64,000 nucleotides of DNA from an uncultured Patescibacteria group bacterium (GTDB taxonomy: Bacteria; Patescibacteriota; Microgenomatia; UBA1400; PJMF01): positions 11,523 to 75,522 of the forward strand of contig CAJQIG010000004.1 in NCBI GenBank assembly GCA_905478415.1, written 5' to 3'. Numbering within the stretch: position 1 is the first letter of the stretch; the number at the start of each line of letters is the position of its first letter. The notes beneath the pieces are model-generated. The model ran no database searches and had not been told where the DNA came from. It saw only the letters and a program-made list of their open reading frames with translations. The position numbers were made by a program, and so were the translations under genes. Positions 57,480 to 64,000 of the stretch are shown here, piece after piece.

Positions 57480-58067
57480 TTATTCAATCACAGGGATATC
57501 ACCATTCAAAAAATTTGATTGGATAAGTTCTTCACAATCCATCAGTAAATTATCTAGTGAACCAGTATTTTCTATTGTGTAATCAACCATTTCTAGGCAG
57601 GCCCCAACTTGCTGTCCATTCTCATCCTCACCGATGCCTTTTTCTCTTTGATTGGCACGGTAGAATGCTGCCTTGGTCATTCCGTCTTCACCTCGTTCTT
57701 GAGCTCGCTTAATGTATCGTTCGAGACGAACATACTGAGGAGCCACCACGCCTACAATAAAAGCTTGAGCGTGCTCACGCAGATACTCAATTTCTTCGGG
57801 ATTGCGAATACCGTCAATAATTACTAGCTTATCATCTTGAGCTGCCTCAAGCGTTTTTTGTGCTAAAACAGAACCAGAGTGTTGTTCCCTCAGCTGGTTA
57901 CCAACGTTCTGCAAGTTCACTCTCGTAATTTCAAGTCCTTTTTTTTCACATTCACGGCGAATAGCATCTGACAATTTATAATACTTAAAATCTCGATCAA
58001 TAAAATGTTCGGAAACAGTACTTTTTCCACTGGCAATGTACCCAACTAAACCAACAACTTGCTGCAT
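57480..58067 (-). CDS. P-loop nucleotide kinase-like protein (dephospho-CoA-kinase / NMP-kinase fold)
   Basis: 195 aa; Walker A GYIASGKST, Walker B-like LVIIDGIR. Confidence 0.6.
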   Translation of the reverse strand: MQQVVGLVGYIASGKSTVSEHFIDRDFKYYKLSDAIRRECEKKGLEITRVNLQNVGNQLREQHSGSVLAQKTLEAAQDDKLVIIDGIRNPEEIEYLREHAQAFIVGVVAPQYVRLERYIKRAQERGEDGMTKAAFYRANQREKGIGEDENGQQVGACLEMVDYTIENTGSLDNLLMDCEELIQSNFLNGDIPVIE

Positions 58068-58151
58068 ATAAAAAGCTTTCTAAGATCTCTTTTGATAGAG
58101 AGTGAGCAAGAATGTTTATACACGTTCTGAAGTGTGGTGAGTAGAGTGAAT

Positions 58152-59168
58152 TTATTCTGCTTGAATTTTCTTGAATAGAAATTCCGTGAGAACACCAAGC
58201 TCTCTTTGAGAAAAAAGTGATTTCTGAACAGAAATTCTTTTTGATTCGGATAGTTCATATGCCATAGCATGGATAGTCACAGGCTGAGTACTTTTACCAG
58301 CAACCATAGTCCTATCTCGATAATTCTGCTTAGTCAAACGCTCAGCTTCTTCATAAGTAATACCCGACGCAGAAACTTCTCTATTTCTAGGAACAAATAA
58401 TTGAATTTTAAAGTCATCGGCAATAGAAAGGTTTTGACAGACTGCTTCTAATTCAGGCAACTTTTTTTGCTTAAACCAGGTTGCATCTTTATTTTTTAAA
58501 ACATGCAACACTTCTTTCAGTTGATTTTGGATACCAGTACTCTTCAATTGCTCATACGCACGAGCATCTAAACTTCCTGCTTTGACTTCTCCAACTGATT
58601 TAATAACAACTTTTCCTTCATCATTTATTTCAAAAAAAGCTGCATCAGGATTGCGCCAGTTTACATCGATACCAAACTTTTCTGGATACTGCCAAACTCT
58701 CATCAACTCTCGAGCTAACCTTAACTGTGTAATAAAGGCATCTTTTTTTTCTGGATCATTCTGCACTCTAGCGAACTCATTCATTTTAAACTCAGTGCGA
58801 ACAAGTTCTTCAAAAACTTCACCAGCAAGTACACCTGTCTTTTCTTTATCAGAAAACTTAAATTTTTCAGCAGCTTGACGATCATGCCGAGCAAGAAACT
58901 GTTTTTGTCTTCTTTCAGAATGATGTAAGTGAACTGTAAGCGACTTAAGCAAATTTTTAGGTAAAGAAAGACAAACCTTAAACTGTTCAAGTCTGTTTAC
59001 ATTTGATTGGGTATCTGCTGCCTCAACCAAAGTAACAAAAAGATCATAACTCAATGGGTTTTCAGTACGACAACTTTCAAGAATATCAGGGCTAATACCT
59101 TCCACCTTTATTAAAGGTGGTAACGAACCTACTGACTCAGCTTCTGAAACGGGCACTTCTCCTATCAT
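58152..59168 (-). CDS. Hypothetical protein (338 aa), no recognised domain
   Basis: Long ORF with good coding character; possible weak PD...E-x-K arrangement (PDAAFFEINDEGKVVIKSVGEVK), not convincing. Confidence 0.45.
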   Translation of the reverse strand: MIGEVPVSEAESVGSLPPLIKVEGISPDILESCRTENPLSYDLFVTLVEAADTQSNVNRLEQFKVCLSLPKNLLKSLTVHLHHSERRQKQFLARHDRQAAEKFKFSDKEKTGVLAGEVFEELVRTEFKMNEFARVQNDPEKKDAFITQLRLARELMRVWQYPEKFGIDVNWRNPDAAFFEINDEGKVVIKSVGEVKAGSLDARAYEQLKSTGIQNQLKEVLHVLKNKDATWFKQKKLPELEAVCQNLSIADDFKIQLFVPRNREVSASGITYEEAERLTKQNYRDRTMVAGKSTQPVTIHAMAYELSESKRISVQKSLFSQRELGVLTEFLFKKIQAE

Positions 59169-59244
59169 ATTCTTCTACTATACCTCGAACCTTATCAAAA
59201 AAGCTACTTATGGTTTTGCTCAAATTTGCTATGCTATACCAACT

Positions 59245-59505
59245 ATGCAACGAGGAATTATCACTTTTTCTACAGAAGAACAAACGGTACTTGTCGCTCT
59301 TTTAGAAGGGACAACCATGGCTTCATCTCTGGTTTTTTCTCGACTTCAGGCAACTGGCACATCCCAAAATGCTGAGGAAAAGATAGAACTCAGTCGAGAA
59401 GAAGCAGAATCAATACTGGATCAGCTACCCATCCCTTCCGCACAAGAACCCGAGTCTGTGACTGAAAGCAGGCAAAAATTGAGTGATTTTATCCAAAATC
59501 TTTGA
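59245..59505 (+). CDS. Hypothetical small protein (86 aa)
   Basis: ORF upstream of, and co-oriented with, the dsbA-like gene; no motif. Confidence 0.3.
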   Translation: MQRGIITFSTEEQTVLVALLEGTTMASSLVFSRLQATGTSQNAEEKIELSREEAESILDQLPIPSAQEPESVTESRQKLSDFIQNL

Positions 59506-59580
59506 CTACCATTCTCATAGTTTCTATGCTTTAATGGCTCTTACGAATCAGTAGTATATATTTTTGTAAGGAGTTTACAC

Positions 59581-60363
59581 ATGGCACAACAAGACAGTCC
59601 CTACTCACTCAAATCATTGTTTGAGTTTATTAACACTAACTTTGTCCTCATCTTACTCGTCCTCTTCTTTTTTGCAGGCGGATTTGTAGTCGGATCTCTC
59701 TGGACAGAGAACCAAATTATGAAAACCGGTGGTACTGGCGTAGCTGCCGCTCCAACTGGAGCTGGTACCCCAACCCAACCAACTGAACCAACAGGGCCAA
59801 CTGCTGACCAGCTAGAAGGTGTTCCTGAAATTACTAACGATGACCACCTTCGTGGCAACAAGAATGCTAAAGTTATCTTGGTTGAGTATTCAGACTACGA
59901 ATGTCCTTTCTGTCAAAGATTTCATGACACCATGAATGATGTACAAGCTGAGTATGGAGATGACGTAGCTTGGGTTTTTAGACACTACCCACTTCCATTC
60001 CATGCTAATGCACAAAAAGCTGCCGAAGCTGCAGAGTGTGTGGCTGATATTGCTGGAAATGATAAATTCTGGGAATTCAGTGACCTTTACTTTGCAACTA
60101 CAGATGGATCTGGCACTGGTGTAGCTATCGAAGAAATGGGTGCACTCGCTGGTAAAGTCGGTGTAGATGCAACTGCTGTGCAAACTTGTGTTGATAGTGG
60201 CAAAATGGCCAGTATCGTCAAAGAACAAATGGATGCTGGATCAGCTGTGGGTGTTTCTGGAACACCAGGAACCTTCATTGTTACTAAAGATGGTGCCCAA
60301 GAACTTATTCCTGGAGCACTACCTCTAGAACAGGTCAAAGCTTCTATCGAACAGTATCTGTAG
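59581..60363 (+). CDS. DsbA-like thioredoxin-fold thiol:disulfide oxidoreductase, membrane-anchored
   Basis: 260 aa; N-terminal TM helix, Pro/Thr-rich linker, CPFC active site (VEYSDYECPFCQRF), DsbA-like helical insert. Confidence 0.8.
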   Translation: MAQQDSPYSLKSLFEFINTNFVLILLVLFFFAGGFVVGSLWTENQIMKTGGTGVAAAPTGAGTPTQPTEPTGPTADQLEGVPEITNDDHLRGNKNAKVILVEYSDYECPFCQRFHDTMNDVQAEYGDDVAWVFRHYPLPFHANAQKAAEAAECVADIAGNDKFWEFSDLYFATTDGSGTGVAIEEMGALAGKVGVDATAVQTCVDSGKMASIVKEQMDAGSAVGVSGTPGTFIVTKDGAQELIPGALPLEQVKASIEQYL

Positions 60364-60386
60364 ATGATACTTGAAAAATAAAATAA

Positions 60387-60422
60387 GCGCGGCGCTTGGA
60401 AAACCAGGCGTCGCATTTTTTT
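60387..60422. terminator. Bidirectional intrinsic terminator between the dsbA-like gene and the convergent 60444 gene
   Basis: GCGCGGCGCTTGG-aaaa-CCAGGCGTCGC then ATTTTTTT on plus; T-rich on the minus side also. Confidence 0.7.
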
Positions 60423-60443
60423 ATATAAAACAAGGGAATATCC

Positions 60444-60836
60444 TCAGATAATATCTTCATAGTGAGCTGCTAGCTCATGGTACTTTTCTCTCAATTCCTT
60501 TAGGTATTCTTCATACTCTTTATTTGGGGTTGCATCTTTCATCCAACCAATATCTAAAATTTCTAGTAATAATGAGTGGAGTTTACTCTGTCTTTTTGCA
60601 AAAGCTCCATGGGTGAATTTTTTCAATTTTTGATCCGTATAAAGCCTACCCACTAAAATTTCGGGTCTTTGTAAATTTCCAGATAAAAAATCATTTATTA
60701 CAGTCAGAGCGAAAACAATTATTTTATGTTCATTTACATTTTTATATAAATCAAATTTGTTACTATAAAAATCCCATAGTACTTTAGGATTATTGCTTAT
60801 TTTAGAATTGGTAGATTCTGTAATTTTTTTACTCAT
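60444..60836 (-). CDS. Hypothetical protein, strongly AT-rich compositional outlier
   Basis: 130 aa; far lower GC than flanking genes; no recognised domain. Confidence 0.4.
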   Translation of the reverse strand: MSKKITESTNSKISNNPKVLWDFYSNKFDLYKNVNEHKIIVFALTVINDFLSGNLQRPEILVGRLYTDQKLKKFTHGAFAKRQSKLHSLLLEILDIGWMKDATPNKEYEEYLKELREKYHELAAHYEDII

Positions 60837-60851
60837 TTGTAGTAATTATAC

Positions 60852-61091
60852 CTATTGAACCTTAATCACATCTACTGGGCAGGCATCCGCAGCAGCTTGG
60901 TTTTCTTCAGCATCCTCATACCCAACTTTTCGATGCTCAAGCTGTTTTCCCTTTTGGGAGCCTTTTAAATCTGATTTACCATCCTCTGGATTCATACTCC
61001 AGTACTTTGGACACAGTAGGGCACACATGCCACAACCAATACAGTTATCTCGATCGTGGGTGACTGTTACGTCTTTAAATGAATCAGCCAT
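60852..61091 (-). CDS. 4Fe-4S ferredoxin
   Basis: 79 aa; CIGCGMCALLCP cluster motif plus distal ACP. Confidence 0.85.
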   Translation of the reverse strand: MADSFKDVTVTHDRDNCIGCGMCALLCPKYWSMNPEDGKSDLKGSQKGKQLEHRKVGYEDAEENQAAADACPVDVIKVQ

Positions 61092-61093
61092 AC

Positions 61094-62359
61094 TTACTTT
61101 GCTTCAGTTTCTACCACCTTATACAGACGATCACCTTTTCTGACCCTATCTGAAACAACAAACGTAACTGTCTCACCTTTTTGGGCTATCTCAACTTCCT
61201 TAGTAGCTACAATAAGCTGTGGCTTTTCACCTCGAAGTGCTCCTGTAGTTTTCCCGGTAAAGACATATTCATCATCAGTAGAAAAAGTATTTTCTCTAAC
61301 GGCAACTTCTGCAACTTTTATTTTTGGATAATAATGAGTAACGGTTCCTACCAGCTCTCTGCGCTTGGTAGCTTTGTTACCATAAGCTCCACTCCACTCT
61401 ACAAACGGTTTTCCAAGATAAAAACCGGCACTCAGTCCCCGATTATATACGGTACCCAAGCGAGTGTTCCACTCCGTGATTTTTTCTGATGAATAGGTAC
61501 CTTCATTCAAAGAGTCCAAAGCTTCGCGGTACACTCTAACAATAGTATCAACATAGTCGGCACTCCGACCTCGTCCTTCAAGCTTCAAGACAGTGATTCC
61601 TGTTCCAACCAATTCATCAAGGAGGCCAACAGTACATAAATCCTCTGGACTCATTACGTAATCATTTTCTACTTTAAGTTGAGTTTTTGTCTCTTCATCA
61701 ATAATTTTATAGCTTCTGCGACAGTTTTGGCGACACGCTCCTCTATTAGCCGAAGAATTATCTGTCAGCAAACTCATACTGCACCGACCAGAAATAGCTA
61801 CGCACATGGCCCCATGACCAAAGACTTCAATCTCAAGTGGCTGGCCATTTTTTCCTCGAATATCTTCGGCCTTTATTTGATCGCAGATATTTTTCATCAT
61901 CGGCATGGTCAATTCACGAGCCAAAACAATCATGTCTGAAAACTGAGCATAAAATCGGACCGATTCAATATTTGAAACTGAAAGTTGCGTTGAAATATGT
62001 ACTTCAACACCCACTTTATTTGCATACATAATTGCAGCCATATCGGCCACAATAACGGCGTCGATACCAGCTTCTTTCACTGCATCAATAATTTTATATG
62101 AAAGCTTTAAGTCGTGGTCATAGAGAAGTGTATTGAGGGTTAAGTACGTCCTGACGTTACTTTTTTGAGCAATTTTGGCAATTTTTTTGAGATCTTCAAA
62201 TCCAAAATTACTTGCAGCTCGTGCACGCATATTGAGCTGAGTAATACCAAAAAAAACTGAGTCACAGCCAGCGTTAATAGCTGCTTGCAAGCTCTCAAAT
62301 GATCCCACGGGGGCCATAAGCTCAACTGAATGTGATGTTTTTTTGCCGATAGTTCCCAT
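61094..62359 (-). CDS. Peptidase U32 family protein (collagenase-like; RNA-hydroxylation-type Fe-S U32)
   Basis: 421 aa; LMAPVGSFESLQAAINAGCDSVFFG N-terminus, Cys cluster CVAISGRCS...CRQNC. Confidence 0.85.
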   Translation of the reverse strand: MGTIGKKTSHSVELMAPVGSFESLQAAINAGCDSVFFGITQLNMRARAASNFGFEDLKKIAKIAQKSNVRTYLTLNTLLYDHDLKLSYKIIDAVKEAGIDAVIVADMAAIMYANKVGVEVHISTQLSVSNIESVRFYAQFSDMIVLARELTMPMMKNICDQIKAEDIRGKNGQPLEIEVFGHGAMCVAISGRCSMSLLTDNSSANRGACRQNCRRSYKIIDEETKTQLKVENDYVMSPEDLCTVGLLDELVGTGITVLKLEGRGRSADYVDTIVRVYREALDSLNEGTYSSEKITEWNTRLGTVYNRGLSAGFYLGKPFVEWSGAYGNKATKRRELVGTVTHYYPKIKVAEVAVRENTFSTDDEYVFTGKTTGALRGEKPQLIVATKEVEIAQKGETVTFVVSDRVRKGDRLYKVVETEAK

Positions 62360-62421
62360 ATATTCCCTTGTTTTAAAAGTTTCTTTGGTAGGAATGAATT
62401 ATACCAGATGAATTTTTTCAT

Positions 62422-62462
62422 TTAGAAACAAAAAGAGCGCGGGCCACTTGCCCGCGCTCTTT
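62422..62462 (-). terminator. Intrinsic terminator of the 62519-63073 gene
   Basis: Perfect 13-bp stem AAAGAGCGCGGGC / GCCCGCGCTCTTT followed on the minus strand by UUUUGUUUCU. Confidence 0.7.
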
Positions 62463-62518
62463 CGTTTGCTTCAAAAATGTCTGACCGACATTCTGTTAGC
62501 ACTGTACGTGATAAAACT

Positions 62519-63073
62519 TTACAGATTGTTCTGTGACTGACGACCTATGCCTGTGCCATCTCTGTCACCCAACGCTCCTTCAGCTCTACCCATACCATGG
62601 CCTTGTCGACCCTTTCCAGGACCTAGTTCCCGGAGAAGAGTGGTGTCAATGCCTTGCTCTTCTGCCCAAGCTTCCATTTCATCGTGGTTAGCTTGCGCAT
62701 ATGCTTTTCTTTCTTCTGGAGATGCATTCAGAAGAGCCTCGTGGTCTGCCCGCATTTCTTCATGCTTTTGTGTAATAGCATCAGCTTGTTCCTGGGTAAG
62801 ACTACCCGCAGCAACCAACTCAGCTAGCTTCTCTTCGAATTGAGCTTGCATCTCAACTTGATGCTCAACACGATACTGTGTGAAGACTTCTTCAACTTCA
62901 CTTTGATTTAAACCAAATCGCTCAGCGATTCGTTGAATCAGAGGAAGCCCTTGTTCTCCTTCCATAGCTCGCACGCTGTCCACTCCAAGAGAGGACACAG
63001 CGATTACTCCAGCCAAAGCCAAAGCGGGAAGGATCATTCTTTTGCTGTTTTTCATATATATTCCTTTCAGCAA
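62519..63073 (-). CDS. Secreted LTXXQ-motif protein (Spy/CpxP-like periplasmic chaperone family candidate)
   Basis: 184 aa; signal peptide; two LTxxQ-type motifs (LNQSEVEEV, LTQEQADAI); Gly/Arg-rich C-terminus. Confidence 0.5.
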   Translation of the reverse strand: MLKGIYMKNSKRMILPALALAGVIAVSSLGVDSVRAMEGEQGLPLIQRIAERFGLNQSEVEEVFTQYRVEHQVEMQAQFEEKLAELVAAGSLTQEQADAITQKHEEMRADHEALLNASPEERKAYAQANHDEMEAWAEEQGIDTTLLRELGPGKGRQGHGMGRAEGALGDRDGTGIGRQSQNNL

Positions 63074-63151
63074 AGTTACTTACTACTAAAAGGAGAATAC
63101 CAATTGAAACTGAGAAAGGGCTTAAAGTTTGAGAGCAAAAATGAGGAAAGC

Positions 63152-64000
63152 TTAGTGCTGTTTAAGTGGCAGAGTAACCGTAAATACAGATCCTCGACCA
63201 ACCTTGCTATCGAGCTGAATTGAACCTTGATGCATATCCACAATTTCTTTGGCAACAGCTAACCCTAATCCAAAACCATGCGTACCTGAGTAAGTCCTAG
63301 ACTGATCAGCCCGGTAAAAACGCTTAAAAACACATGCTTGGTCTTTTTTTGAAATTCCAGTACCAGTATCACGGACTGCCAAAGTCAAGTATTTTTTCGA
63401 TGTTGTTACTGCAACTGAAACTTGACCTTCTTGAGTATATTTAACTGCATTCTCAAGTAAAATGGTCAATAATTCATGAATTTTTTCCTTATCTGCTTGA
63501 ATCTCGCCAGCCTCACCAACCACCTGTAATGTCAGACCTTTCTCCAGAGCGAGCGGTACTATTGTTTTGGTACTTTTCTTCACAAGCTTATCTATACTAA
63601 ACGTACTCATAGTTACTTGCCGTCTGGATCCTTGGTAAAGCGTCAGACGCAGTAATTTATCTACTAAATACTGTAAACTTTCGACCTCAACTAAACTTCC
63701 AGAAACAAGTGTTCTCGCTTCTTTAATAGTCTGTTTTTTCTGTAAAAGAAATACTTCTAATGAAGTTTTTAGAGCAGTAATAGGGGTTCTGAGTTCATGT
63801 GAGGCATCAGCAATAAATTGACGCTGATCTTCGTGCACCTTTTCAATTGGTCTGAGTGTTTTCCCAGCTAAGAGCCATCCTGTTGAGACTGCTAGCAAAA
63901 ACAAAATGCCATTGATCGAAAGAAGTTGCCAGACCAGTGCACTCTGTGCTGCTTCTAAATCTTCTAGTAATAGTTGACTGCGTTGTACGTGCTTGAAACG
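63152..64000 (-). CDS. Sensor histidine kinase (5' end beyond window; frame stays open to 64000)
   Basis: H-box ADASHELRTPITAL, N-box LLENAVKYT, G1 VRDTGTGI, G2 GTHGFGLGLAVAKEI. Confidence 0.85.
   Translation of the reverse strand, partial: RFKHVQRSQLLLEDLEAAQSALVWQLLSINGILFLLAVSTGWLLAGKTLRPIEKVHEDQRQFIADASHELRTPITALKTSLEVFLLQKKQTIKEARTLVSGSLVEVESLQYLVDKLLRLTLYQGSRRQVTMSTFSIDKLVKKSTKTIVPLALEKGLTLQVVGEAGEIQADKEKIHELLTILLENAVKYTQEGQVSVAVTTSKKYLTLAVRDTGTGISKKDQACVFKRFYRADQSRTYSGTHGFGLGLAVAKEIVDMHQGSIQLDSKVGRGSVFTVTLPLKQH

Overview
This window is a low-GC, gene-dense bacterial segment with almost no mobile DNA, and almost all of it is transcribed from the minus strand. Gene content suggests a small-genome, Gram-positive-type or Patescibacteria (candidate phyla radiation)-like fermentative organism using the standard genetic code. 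**Core block (1 to 21 kb).** On the minus strand, in transcription order: rpoB, rpoC, then rpsL-rpsG-fusA-tuf, then the S10/spc ribosomal-protein cluster from rpsJ to rpsE, which runs off the window start. A -10-like element and hairpins sit between rpoC and rpsL, and a promoter and tandem hairpins sit between tuf and rpsJ. **Accessory and housekeeping mix (21 to 64 kb).** mltG is followed upstream by a PIF1/RecD-like helicase and a Macro-domain gene wedged between ruvX and mltG. Next comes a sortase translationally coupled to a 771-aa protein with a degenerate FtsA/PilM-like cytoplasmic domain, one TM helix and a large extracytoplasmic domain, and a divergent Cys-rich secreted protein. alaS follows with a T-box leader carrying a GGTGGTACCGCG core. 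Then come YtxH/DUF948-like proteins, a RodZ-like protein, YqeY, ccdA, prmC and a COG0523 metallochaperone. An AT-rich orphan gene and a DUF368 membrane protein follow, then an SPFH protein, then a three-gene citryl-CoA synthetase/lyase (ATP-citrate-lyase-like) operon. After that: a large metallophosphoesterase, an anion permease, a Cas4-like Fe-S PD-(D/E)xK nuclease, a P-type ATPase, and a two-subunit 2-oxoacid:ferredoxin oxidoreductase. The 3' end holds an ADP-forming acetyl-CoA synthetase, a cytochrome b5-like lipoprotein, ldh, a DsbA-like protein, a ferredoxin, a U32 peptidase and an LTXXQ (Spy/CpxP-like) protein next to a partial histidine kinase. No rRNA, tRNA, CRISPR array or transposase was found.
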